The position numbers were made by a program, and so were the translations under genes. Below are positions 39,597-52,965 of a stretch of 64,000 bases of DNA, piece by piece. Position 1 is the stretch's first letter. Each line of letters begins with the position of its first letter. The stretch is from positions 21,204,001 to 21,268,000 of the forward strand of contig NW_026889778.1 of NCBI RefSeq assembly GCF_033153115.1, written 5' to 3'. The notes under the pieces were generated by a model, which made no database searches, was not told where the DNA came from, and saw only the letters and a list, made by a program, of their open reading frames with translations. The DNA is from Saccostrea echinata. Taxonomy: Eukaryota.

Positions 39597-41970
39597 ATGG
39601 AGCTAGCCGGCAAAATGTTCTCCTTAGTGGTTCTACTCGTTGTTCCTTTCCTTGTTCTAGGTAATTTAAATTATTTGCTTTGATGTTACTTCTGTTTCGT
39701 AAAAACATGTTGGAGTAAACGAATCCCCACCAGTTCATGTAAAAACAGTGCTTGAATAGCCATACGGTTATACGTGGCACAGAATCGAATTTCCTCTGTT
39801 ATAAGACCTTTTCCTCCTCCAATATTTGTACTAAACTTTTGTTTTTAAATTTCTGAAAGTTTTCCTGCTTTATATCGAAAGATTTTCCAAGTTTTCGAAT
39901 TCGTTTTATTGATTACCATTTTTTCTGTTTGCCATGTTTGGTAGCCAAAAGGAGAATATGTTCCATTGCTGATTGGTTCAAATGTATATAAATATGTATG
40001 ATAATATACATATAAAATAAAATATATATGTACATGCAAGACGTTAGCAGTTGTGCTACTGAGAAAGCAGGGCTATTTGGGGAAATATTATTTAGTGTTG
40101 TCATAATATATATATTTGTTTAATGAAATACAGTAGCACTTGCTTCACCTGCTGATCTACAATGTTGTGTCTGTGTGTTTATAAACTTCATCCAAATGAT
40201 TGTTTAATTTCAGCATTTTTGAAGCAGTTGTCATTTTGTTATTTTTTTTATTTTAATTAAGGTAATGTTTGGTAAACCAGAAAGCACTCCTAAAATGCAA
40301 CATTTGTGCAGTAATAATTGGGTCCCATAATAATTTGTTTAAAATTTTTGTTGTTTTTTTCACAAATAATTCAACACAGGAGAGCTGTCCAGAAAAACAT
40401 AACATTTTGAACTCATGCAGCTTATATTGTGATTTATGGGTCTGTAAAAAAAATTTATAAACAAACTTGTTATTTTTGACAGGAGACAGCTGTGCATCAC
40501 CGGAGATCAAGGCTGAAACTTACACAACAACAGAAGCCATTGTATCTACAGAAACTGTATTTATTGTACAATTTACACTTGCCTGTCAAAATAAAGTCAG
40601 GGTAAGGAGACAATCTTCTACATCAAATCAAAATTGTAAATACATGTAATTCTTTATTTCTCTAAGATGAAAATATGATGTTGATTGCAAGTCAAAAGTT
40701 TAAGTTCCTTCATATGTTTCACTTGTTCAAAATCTGATATTTTTTGACGTACCAAGAGTTTTTACATTTCCCCACTTTTATTCAGAAAATACTTCATACC
40801 TATATTTAGATTTGATATTCAGTTACATATCTTTCTTTTTACTATTATTATATGATTAAAATAAAACTCTTGTTCAGTTGATACCTTTAGGATATTTTGT
40901 GGTACATTTAAATCCTTGCTTACATATGGTGTTTTTAACTATCTTTAGGATATGAATCTGTATGCTGATATTAATGGAAAAACTTTACCAGTTACAAAAA
41001 CAGATAGACCTGATTTTTACCAAGTAAGTGATTTTTAAATTGGAGTTACTGAAATACAAATACATGTATTAGATTTTAATTGCCAAAATGTGTTCTGAAA
41101 ATGTGTTGACACTTAAAGTATGGTTTCTTACAATATCCACACGTCCATTGAAACTAAGTTATATTAATGCAAGTATATATGCACACATTATATTTGTGTT
41201 TGAAAAATACTAAATTAATGCCTTATAATATCTTTTTTTTATATGTTCTTTTATGTCATTGTCAAAGAACAATTTTATTTCTTGATTTAACTGTATGGAA
41301 AAAAAAAATAAAAACAACATACAAGTTTTAATGTACTGCAAGTTATTGTGGCCCAGCTCAATGCTGTTTATTAATATTTCAATTTTTGAACAGGTGAGCA
41401 TCAGCGATGATCACAAGAAGCTCCCTGCTGGTAAATACGAGGTCCGACTATACGACGAGGAGGGATACTCAGCACTGAGAAAGGCACAGAGAAGTGGGGA
41501 GTCAGTGGACTCTATCAAACCTGTCACAACCATCACCATCAACCACCCAGTAAGTCTATCTGTTCTTACTTCTATTTGTGAAACAATTATCAAGTGATTT
41601 TCATTTTGACCTTTCTAAACAGTCTTGAAAAGCTAAAATGGCTGATTTATTTTATTTATTTATTCTTTCATGTTTTTTTCTTCTTTTTTTTTTTTTGGGG
41701 GGGGGGGGGGGGAGATCACTTTCTCATTTGAATTTTTTTTCAGTAATATTATGTAATAGTACTCACTTTTGATCCCAAGTGCTATGCATTAACAATGTTT
41801 TCTGTTCAGTTTAAAGTTTGGTATTGTGTTAAAATTGAGTTTATTTTGAATCATTACAGGGAGTGTGGAAGGGCCCTATTGTACAGAGTGAATTTGTTGC
41901 TGTTTTCATTGCCATCCTTGTTTGGTATTTTGCTTATAGCACCAAAAGTCAACTCCAGTCTTCAAATTAG
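39597..41970 (+). CDS. SSR4: Translocon-associated protein subunit delta (signal sequence receptor 4), 174 aa
   Basis: Exons 39597-39660, 40483-40601, 40949-41023, 41394-41549, 41860-41970, all GT-AG and in phase (525 nt). Signal peptide; motifs YTTTEA...ETVFIVQFTLAC, LYADINGK, YEVRLYDEEGYSALRKAQRSGE, HPGVWKGP; C-terminal TM. AATAAA at ~41993 and ~42077. Confidence 0.96.
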
Positions 41971-43479
41971 GAACAAATTTTTAGTTTTATCAAATAAATT
42001 TATGTAAAAAAAATGATTTTTATACATTTTTTTTTCTTTCAATGAAAACGTCCACCTAACATCATTAATATTTTGTAATAAAACCATTCCATATAAATGT
42101 TGCCTTCTGTTTTCTTTTTTACGGTTATCAATCATATATTGAAGAATCAGGAACGGTAACAAGGTAGATTTCATGTTAATGTGGTAGAGGAGGAGTTATC
42201 TTTCCTAGATCCTTGTGTGTTCTGGTCACAGATTTATCAAATTATTCGCTATATTTATTCGTTTATAGACGCATATTATACAAAAACACACTCCCTCCAC
42301 TCACCCGAAATTTAGCACAGAACAAGAAAAAGCTATGATGTAGCTCCTACCCCGCATAACTTCTTTTGAGAAGATTGTAAATACAAATATCGGCCCCTTT
42401 ACATCATAATTGATACAACGAATTTAAGTGCAAATTTTAGTTAATAAAAACAATTATATAATTTTGTTCTTGGCACTGAAATTTACACATTTCAACCCGT
42501 ATACATCCCAAGATTTTTTTTTTCAATTAACCATTTCTAAAATGGCACTACCAATCTCCCTTGCAGAGTTGTCGTATGAGCCGATGGTAAAGAGTGTGGC
42601 ATTATAGTTATATGCCTGGTCAAGAATTTTAGGCATAAAATCAGCGACCTTCCCTCCCGTCGTGTAAACAAAATATGTACTTAAAATGTGATGGCATTTC
42701 GCAAAGTCTTGATTTAGTTGGATTTACGTAATGTGTCAGCTGGTTTATATTTAGTGTTAGCTATACTGTAGCCTAAAAATCTTTACTTAAAGGATACATA
42801 TTTTGAATTAAAAAGGATTGATATTCTGAATTAATATACATGTACTATATGCATCGACAGAAAAGAAATGACATTGAAAAATGGGGGGGGGGGGGTATGT
42901 GTAGTGTACATTTTTTGTCCCCGGAAATATTTCAGTTAAGAATTAATCGGAAAGTTTGGCGACATTTACTTTCTTTTATGTAATTGATCTTTTAACCTTT
43001 GCAGAATAAAATGGATTAATGACACTAAAAGTTTCAATAAACTTGAAATAATCGTGACATGAAAACTGAATGAATACGCACTAAAATGCCGCATTTGATA
43101 ATAAATTTTCGGTTTTATGATCAAAAATATTCACCACCGCACGTCAAAGGAAGGATCCAACACAGAGTTTTTCACTTTAGTAAACAGAACTAAATTAATG
43201 GGAATAAACATGCATTAATTAATAAATATAACGAGCTACTGTCAGCATAAATTAACAGTGGTTTATTAGCATTATGGAGTGGAGGGATACGGGCCCTGAT
43301 ACGGTCAGCGCGCGATTTACGACCTGGATGAAGGCAGGTCGACTGTCTCCTGTGTTATCTAATTAACACAAAACGATTGGTGGATCCTGTTCTTCTTTCC
43401 TATCGTGCAAGAATCTAAAATTGTTGAATTCTAGGGAAAAAACACGTGCGTATGATATCTACTTTTTTTCTGTCCCGCC

Positions 43480-43490
43480 GGGGATTTCCC
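43480..43490. promoter_or_regulatory. Consensus NF-kB (kB) site
   Basis: GGGGATTTCCC matches GGGRNNYYCC and lies upstream of the GPCR's putative 5' exon. Sequence match only. Confidence 0.25.
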
Positions 43491-46400
43491 ATTTTATTGC
43501 ACTTGGGAAGATTGGATTGCTGGGTTTTTTTCCAATGGAGTAAATTTTCTGTGTAATTTGTGCTCTGGATTATTTTTTGTAGGAGAAAGAGCAAGGAATT
43601 TTACTACAGTGTTTTATTGTATGGGTTAAATTGTGCATAAAGGAATTACCACGCAATTTTAGTTTAAAAAGTCAATTACAATTCTGAACTAAAAAGATCT
43701 TATATTGACTTTGACGTAGAATCCATGCATTCCGTTTGTCAATTTGTCCTGAATATCATTCGGCGCTCCTGTTTTTGTTAATAGTAAGTATAGAAGCATC
43801 CTCCAGTTGAAGTACTGTATTCTAGCATTATTCAGATAAAGATTATGACTGTAGGCTGGGCATTATCCAAATTATCCGCAAAACCATTTACCAGGAGAAA
43901 AATATTTTTCACAGTAGCTTTGTAGTGTTGACGTATTACACAATGGGGATAAATTGAGTCTGCAGACGAAATCTAATATGGTTTGATGCTGTGAATAATA
44001 GATTCGGTTCGAAGTAATCGAATTTATGTATGCTTTATGATTGATCCAATATACGGAGGTATCAATTTATCACCGATAAACCAACCAGTGACTTCCAATG
44101 AGTTTTAAATGGTCGAACAGACTGTTTACTGTACTAAAAAAAATCCGGATTAGGAAAGACTTTTAATACGAAACGAAAATATTAGTGAAAACCTGTCCGA
44201 CGGGTGACCGCTGAGTTTAAACCATCTCGCTCACACTCGAGTTCACCCACCCGTGAACTTATTCTGTGAAGGTGGAATACTAAGAAAAGGTGTGCAGTAA
44301 ATAACGGGAATCGGATATTATATCATTGAAATGGAACACCACTTCAGGGACTTGAAAGAGATGATACATATATAGGTAAGAATTTACCTTTTGACCTTGT
44401 GGGACCTATAAGTGACAAGCGACAAATTCTGATTAATGAATGTGTACAAACAGCTGACTAATTAAGTACGTTACTTTACAGTGTAACCGTCACTCTGTAG
44501 AATGTAAAGTAAATATTATGTGGTTGATGAAAACGTTAATGTGCTCAGAAACGGAAGGGAAGGCCTCTTTTCTTCTCTCGCTCTCTTTCTCTCTCTCTGA
44601 AATATCACCTGTGTAGATGCGTGCCATTATCTGGCAAACATGTAGAAGTTTTGATAGTTTCTGGTTCATGTCATTTAATGACATACAATCGAGAATAATA
44701 CTTTTGCGACCTAGGTATCAGGATCTACATCTAACCCCACCCTATAGCCTATCAGACAAGATCAATACTTCGTGTAAACAGTTCTTCACCCCTCGGGTAT
44801 GTTGCTATTCTGCATAGGAAGTATATTCCCATCATCCTTGGTTAACACACATATGCAGTATTAATCTTAACAGCCGTAATCCATAATGCTGTATTGTGTC
44901 TTGGAAATTCGCCATTTTCCTCATGTTTCCTCGCCTGACAGAAAATAGGTGTATATGTATCACTAGACATCGTGTCATTCAAGGATACTATTTATGAATA
45001 TTCCGTGATGGACTGATCGGTGCAGTGCATAGTCGTAGAATTTTGGGAAAAAATAATCGTTTGTACTTTTCGATATCCTGCTTTGATGCAAATAAACGTA
45101 CATGACTCGTCGTTGTTTGCAAAACACACCTTTTAGATCCTTTTAAAAGCATGCATCTTTTTTTCTCTCTCCTTTTTAATTTAATTTCACCCCTTCCCAA
45201 ATCTGGCAGGTGCATTTATGGAAATGAATTCCCTAAAAATGTTTTGAGGTAAAGGTAATAACAATTTTCCACAATTACATTCAGTTAAGGTTGTCTATAA
45301 AGTTGATCCAGTCACTATTTCTTTCTTTGCCACTGTGATTTAAAAGTACAGATAAATGACGAATATATATATATGAACCTAACCTTTCATTTGTCGCAAT
45401 ACATCGGTATAGAGGTGTGAGGTGTCTAGTATAAGACTGTCTGTCCAATAGGGAATTGTCCTGCGATTAACCGATTAAACCAATCATTTTTTTTTTTTTG
45501 TAAACTTTATTTGAAGTGTTGCTCCATCAGAAATATTCTGCTTATTCATGAGATGGAGGTTTGTATTAAGATCAGGGACGGTCCGTATATTCACCGACAG
45601 AGAATATAAGGCGTACGATAGATCGTCAACTGTAATTATGAAAAAGGTGGTTATTTTCAAATTCCGTGCGTAGATCCCATTTGAAAAGAATCGTTCGCCT
45701 GTATCAAAGATGTATTGAAAACACTCCTTAATTCAGAGATTCCTACTGTACACATATCGCATGTTTTATTCATGTCTTCAGTTAATTTTGCACCCTTTTC
45801 TTTGGAATATCTATATTGCATGCAAATGACTACCACTCCTTGAGACAAAAATGAATTATTTCGTATCTTGAAGAATGTTAAGATTTCAAAACCAGCACAA
45901 ATGCATGTACCTATTTTGTGACACATACAAAAAATAATTATTAGCAATCACAACCAGCAATTAACAAAAGGCCATTTTCTTGCATATATTTATCAACTAC
46001 ACATAATTATCGACTAGGAATTTAAAAGACAAAAATCAATACATACGTAATGAGTATTTACCTCGCTACCTACCTGTGTAAGTCGTTAACAAGGGATATT
46101 TGATACTGAAGTAACATATCTGCGTTTTCTGTAAGTAATATTTAGCACGATTTTCTTCAGTAACAGTGAATCACTGCGGCTTTTAGAAATTTAAGATGTT
46201 TGCAAGAATGACATGTAAGCAATTGTTAAGAAAGCCTATTTTTAGATCACTAGTTTCATAAATGTCGTGTTACACTTTAGTACTAACGAATGTGTTACCA
46301 TGGATATGATGAATCTCAGTATCGAGAACATTATATGTGTAGTTTACTCTCGTACCCTATCATTTCCGATAAAAAAATTTCAAAACAAAGCTATTGTTTT

Positions 46401-46528
46401 GGAGAAGGAAAATTAATTTTGTTTGTTGGCAAAAAGAAATTTTGTAATTTCCGAGGTTTTTTCCCTGCAGATACAGAGGTGATTTAGAAATGACGTGAGA
46501 ACCGCTGAACAGCGGTATTAATGTCAGT

Positions 46529-49500
46529 ATGCCCCGTCACGGTTTGTTGGTGAAGCTGATTCTGGCACTGGGTGTGTCATTTCTGACCAGTGAATGCAGT
46601 GAGCCGGACCCACCCGTATATAACTCTCACGAGGATCCGACCGTGCTGGTACTGGTGGATATACACAGGTCTACGGATGACAACGGGGTCTGTACAGATT
46701 TTTCACCCAGGGCCGCCGAGCTGACCTTTACTCTGGAATGGTTAAATCAGGATCTGGTCAAGAAAGGAAAAAATAACAGTACAAGTCCAGGTTTGTACAT
46801 AAGCAATCATTTTTCAAACTGTTACCTAAATTTTCCAGGACCCAATTTTTATGAAAATGACTGAATTTTTATTTAATCTATAAGTAGTAAAGGTACTTGT
46901 AAAATGGGATATTTTCCACTGAGTACACTTACATCTTATATAATTGCATGATCTTGCAGCATGGGATGCATAAAACCACATTTCTGCTTTATCTAGAGAT
47001 TTGGTTTCATTGTTAAACAAATATATTTATATACTTTTAGTCTTTTGGTTTACTAAATTCTAATACAGTAACTGTGGAATGAGTTGATACTTAAAACTTG
47101 CCTTTTACAGGGATATTGGTTTATGACACCTGTGGTGACGTCAGACGTACAATGCTTATTCTGGGATATGTATTTGTCACAGATAACACCAGCATATCCA
47201 GTAAGAAAACTCATTTTATATATAAACTGTTATATTAATATATTTAATCCGATTTGTTTTCACAACATGCATAACTCTTTTACGCACAATCATGTACATG
47301 TACGTATAGATAAATGTTTTGTTATTTAGAATTACCATCTTCAAGCTACCAACATCTTGATACTTATATGTACATCCAGTATTTTTATCATAGGTGTCAT
47401 ATCATATGGAAACCCTTCAGTCCGCTCTAATATTTCTCACTTCCTGAGACCTTTCGGGGTTCCTCACATTCATATTAACCAGACAGCACATGTATCGACC
47501 CAGGACATCCTGGATATAGATATTGGTACAGTTTCTCCTTGGAAAATTAGAGTAAGGAATCCCTTCATCTCAAGACTAGTTGAATTATAAGGTTTTTACA
47601 GTGAACGCTTGACACAAAATAATTTTCATAAACTCAAACTGCTTTCATTTTAGGACATCATCAAGATAGTTATAGATTTGGGCTGGAACAACTTTGCTGT
47701 GATATCGTCCAATCATCCATCAGCTATTGCATCACGTGATCTGTTTCTAAGGATGGCTTCCTCTTACTCTCTTTGCATTACTTCTTCCGTTACATATGAA
47801 AACACCAAATCGTTTGACCCTTTACCACCTCACGTGATTTTATTTGTATCAGCAGATGACAGCTATGATGCAATCACATCTAACATGGCGTTTTTTAATA
47901 GTGCAGTCATGGTGACTTCAGATCATTGGGAAGACCTTACTTCAAATTTTACGGACACCTTTTTATACCTCGAACACCTGAATACGTCATCAAATCTTGT
48001 ACAGTATGTAAAAGATAAGATTGAAGACACGTCGAACAATTCAACCATACTGAATCTATACAGAGAACGAAAAAGTTGTAATATAAATGCAAGTGAGGGC
48101 ATTTGCAATGGACAGCGCATTGCAACATTTTTGCCCTCCCGATTTGTTGGAAGAGACGTTGAAGCAACAATATCAGCATTTATAAATTCCCAGGAAATTC
48201 TGAAGCACATTTATTCCAACAACTGTACAAACTTTGATCTCTCTAAGTGTGATGCGAGTAAGGAATTTAAAGCAGTTCTTGCAGATTTTTCTGATGACAT
48301 CATGAGTTTTATTGGAAAGTACCAGATGGCGAAAGAACATGGAGGAGAGATGACATCATTTATTTATCGTGGATACATCGTGAGTATCATGTTGTGTAAA
48401 GACTTTATCAATTAAATTGATGAAAAAATTAAATTATTTATAAACTGTATTTTTAAGCAATGTCAAAGACTGTGTTGATTTGTTGTACATTTTATCACAC
48501 TGAATATTATTTACCATCTAAATCACCATAAAACTTTGTGTTTTTAAATAGACTGTTGCAGAGGTACGGAGCAAGAAAATAGAGATAAAGAATGCTGAAA
48601 TGTGGAATCAACTGAAAGTTCCGTCAGAGGGCGCCTGTTCTGGATACTCGTGTGTTAACTGTACAAGACTCACTTCTCCACCTACTAAAGATGACATCAT
48701 AGTGCTAGAGGGAGACGTGAACATAAGATTGGAGTACCCACTTACAGAGAATTCCCAATCTGGACAATCATGCGGCGACTGGAGAACTGAAGGAGTTATT
48801 ATGACGGAGGTTTTCAAGTACGAGTTGTCTGACGTGAAAAGACGATATCCAAAAGTTTTACAGAATATCCGGTTAGGAGGTGTGATATTCGACACATGTC
48901 AAGGAAAATCGAAAAGGAACGAACATATATATGCAGATATTAATTATGTTAATGATGGCGAATTGCTATCGTATGATTCTCTTCCTTCTGGAAATCTTTT
49001 CTCGGTGTCGTCGTTGGGGGTATCGTTCGGTAACCCTGACAGCTTGCAGTTCGTACGTGCATCAGTAGACTTACTTATATCACTAAAGTGGATATACATA
49101 AATGTGGTGTTCTCAGGTTCAGAGCAAAATCTACTGACAGAATTTGAAAATTACCTCAACCTTAAAGGAAATGATATTTGCTTGTCAAATAAGATTTTAG
49201 TTTCAGGAAACGGAAATTTGACAGAGCTTGCAATAAAACTTCAAGAGGTTTTGAGGAAATCAAATGGAGGGGCTTTCATTCTGTTGACAAACACCAAAGA
49301 CACATTCCGTCTTAATGTGGCGCTGTCAAACATTAAAAATGCTTTTAGCGGGGCTAATTTTGTCACATTTCCCTGGAATCAGAATATAATCGGAAACCCA
49401 GGCACAATTGCCATTTTGCAATCAGAAAATTCAATGGACGATGTTGTTCCAGCAATACAGTATTTGAGCCCTGATATGTATAGTACTAATCCGATTCTAA

Positions 49501-52500
49501 AAGGCTTTCACGAAAACAGATACAAATGCAGCCTGACGGTACACCCAAGAATGATTTATCCGGATATCTGTCCGTCTGTTCCAACTTTTACAAACGAGAC
49601 AATACTCATCTCCAAGATGTCTGCCATAAGAAATGCAATAGAGGCGGTGGTTTTGACACTGGACAGATACTACCAAGACGTCTGTCCGTTGCAAACAGGC
49701 AAATGTGCCAGCCTGGTAAATCAAGTCGATCTGTCAAAGTATCTCTCTGCGCAGAAGGATGAAGAAAAGGGCAAATCAGGCTCCTACAATGAGCTTGTAA
49801 CAAATAAAGACGTTTTCATTTATTTAGGAAATTCTTTGAACACATCGTCATCCAAGGTAAAACTGCTCATTTACATACAATACCTTAAAACACAGTCTAA
49901 GGGTATTTGTATTCAATATTTGTGTGGTGCATTTTTGTTAACAAAAAAAAAAACAAAAAAAAAACAAAAAAACAAAAACAAAAACAAAAACAAAAAAACA
50001 AAAACAAAAAAAAGTTTAAATGTAAATTTTTATTAAAGTTAGAATTTTGATTTCAATAACTTTTCCATAATTGAATTAATTTCAAGAAATACATGTACCC
50101 ATTGTAAAAAGAGAGACAAAGACCTTATTGTCAGATACACTTAAGACTATTATTCAGCAAAAAGAGTGTAATTCTAATGATATACAATGTACACTCTGTA
50201 GTTGTAAATTGACTTCATACAGTGCCATGAATCTAATTCCTTCGTCCATTTTATTTTAAAGATTGGCTATATCGAGAAGGATGGAAATGTTTCAGTAAGT
50301 GGAAATGAAGTCAAGGCCTACAATTCAGACTTTATACCGTATACCGCCGTCCATCAGTGTCCAGACTGGTGTCCTGAATGTCTAGGATGTCAAGCAGCAT
50401 CTACCAAAAATACACGAAAATTGTTTCATTCAGGAGATATAGTTGTAGCAGGATTATTTCCAGTTCATACAAGTGTTTCATCATTTTGCGATGTTTTGGC
50501 CACGGATAAACGAGCAGACATGACGATAGATGCCTTCCTGTTTGCTATAGAATCGTCCAAAGAACGATATCCTTACCTTCTTCCGGGTGTTAGTTTGGGC
50601 AGCCTCATTCTGGATACCTGCTCGAATGCCAACATGGCGGTGCAGAAGATCATGAACTTTGAAACCTGTCGAGAAAGCTACAACGACAGCGGAATGATAG
50701 CTGGACCAGAAATGCTAACCATATATGTTTCTGCAGACTCTGGAAATCCGACAGGTCGAGTGCAGGAAATGTTGGAAAAATATAAGAAGACTTCTCTAGC
50801 TTTAGGTGATGAGTCGCCATCTACATTTGATGACGTCACTTCCAGGTTTTACTCTCTTCATTCTAAGGCTGGTATACGCTTGATTGTAGAAATTCTGAAC
50901 TCAACACAGTGGACATACATAGATGTTGTTCGATCTGAGAGTCCAGTGTTTGATTCTGTGGTCAATGACTTTTTGTCGACATGTAGGTCTTTCAATATCT
51001 GTGTACAAAATGTATCACCAATTCATAAATACACAGGTTCTTCAGAGCCAACTCTAACAGTAACTGTGATTTTGGCAAAAATGATGGAGATTAAAACGTT
51101 TTTTAAATCTCTTACATCCACCCCCCAGGAACATTCTTTTATTATAGGCGAAATCCTGCCATCTTGGAACGACACATCAGACTTTGTGCTTCCAAACAAT
51201 GCGCGGATCATTACTATTGAGCGTGTTGGAAAACTCAACACAGACTTGATGAAAGTTATTTCCGACGACTCATCCATTTCTAAACGCAATCCGTGGAAGA
51301 AAGAATATGAAGAAGCCTTTTCTTCATGTATTTCTCCTCAATGTGAACACCAAGCTGATCTTCTGTTAGCCTCAAAAATTGTGTTCGGTATTGACGTGAT
51401 GCTTCATGCCTTTCACAACAGATTCGAGAAACTTTGTCCAAACTATTATGGAATATGTCCGATGTTTGCCAGCGAAGGCATTCAACTTCAGAGTGATCAT
51501 TTCCACAATATATCATTTAGGTATCTGAATGATATTCAGGTAGATTTTCCTTTCAAAACTCCTGAGTCTTGGGCATTCACTGTGAAGAATTTCAAAGGAG
51601 TATCCCTTATTGATGTAAGTATGAATTTAACATTTTTCCTTCTCATATTTTAAGAAATCTATGCTAACTGCTACATTTAACTTTTTAAAAAGTCATTATG
51701 TAGATTTTAAGTTAATTATTAATTGTAAAGTTAAAATGTTGGAAAGGGGAAAAAGATACGAAACGTTATTGAAAACTGTGAAAAACTCGAAAATAAAGAA
51801 TTCCAATTCAGTACCATTTGTCTATTTTTAGATTGGAAACTACTCGGATGGTGTTTTGCACATGAATCCCCTCGGAATATTTGACACAAATGGCCGAATT
51901 CCTCAAGGTCAAGAGTCTCGATGTTTCAGTAACTGTCGTTGCGTCGGATTGGAGGACAAAAAGAATACAACCGATAAAGACTCGCGCGCGGATCCATACG
52001 CTAAAATGGAATTAAAATTCTACAAATCTACAGCAGAGCTGAGTAAAGAGTTATGGACCATTATAGTGCTAATAATAGGAGTAGGAGGAGCTTTCGCTGC
52101 GTTGTGTTTTGTTATTTACGTTTTTCACAAAGTATGCGCCGGGCTTTTATCCAAACGTTACGTTGGTCTGGGTATATTACTGCTCATATCTATAATATTT
52201 TTGTTTTTATCTGTTCTTCCGTTTGTGTTTTCGCCCAGTGAAATTGTCTGTTCTACAAGATTCTTCATTCCAGGCTTTGCTTACACTCTGTCTTTTGCAA
52301 CAGTGATGGCGAAAATTATGTCGCTTAGATCGTACAAGTTGATTGGTTTGGGCGGAGAGTTGTCCAACATAAATCAGTTTCTAACGGTGCTATTCATAAC
52401 GGGTGTTCAGGTTGCAGTTGGAGTACATTTTTGGTACATTGAAGACAACAAAATGGGCTTTCTACGCAGTAGACTAGATGACGCAAACGAAAAAGAGTAC

Positions 52501-52965
52501 GCATGTGTTTTTGATAGAACTGAATTTGTGAAGTACTTAGTATTTGTTATGTTTCTTATTGTGCTCTGTGCAATATATTCCATTTTTGTTCGAAAAGAAA
52601 CTAAGAACATGGGTGAAGCAAAATTCATCATGGTTTATTCATGGTTGTGCATTCCCATATGGGTGGCATGGGTTGTCACCTTGCTTCTTTTGCCGCGCTA
52701 TTGGGCGGAAGTGATTGTGTGCATTGGAATTTTGACATGCGCAACACTAATGACTTTAATTGTATTTTTGCCAAAACTTCATCGAATCTCACGCTTGAAG
52801 TATGACGTCGAACGCTCAGGGACGCAAAACGGTGGCTACAAACTGGACAACGACTTTATGTTTGAGAGACCGTATACACTGCCGACATCTTCAAACTCTT
52901 TCAAATACTCAGAGAAAAATAATCCAAAGTTTATATCCTCTTTTGACACCAGTCTTAGCTACTGA
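46529..52965 (+). CDS. Class C (mGluR-like) GPCR with three tandem Venus-flytrap domains, ~1675 aa
   Basis: Exons 46529-46790, 47111-47200, 47394-47551, 47654-48379, 48552-49856, 50262-51614, 51832-52965, all GT-AG and in phase (5028 nt). Signal peptide; three GxxxxDTC motifs; three xW(N/I/T)x(F/I) motifs; GDIVVAGLFPVH; RNPW. The 7TM resembles family 3 (C-x-x-R, K-I-M in TM3, NMGEAKFI, FLPKL). An acceptor at 46470 implies an upstream 5' UTR exon. Confidence 0.92.

Noticed and set aside
43290-43345. Possible hammerhead ribozyme (CTGA plus hairpin CGACCTG/CAGGTCG)
   Set aside because: The CUGANGA and GAAA core is not present.
49857-50036. Lysine-rich C-terminus of ORF 48600..50036
   Set aside because: Read-through into an A-rich intron after the AAG|GTAAAA donor.
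46529-52965. Four or five independent genes as suggested by the ORF track
   Set aside because: Canonical in-phase splice sites with short introns join them. There is only one signal peptide and one 7TM.
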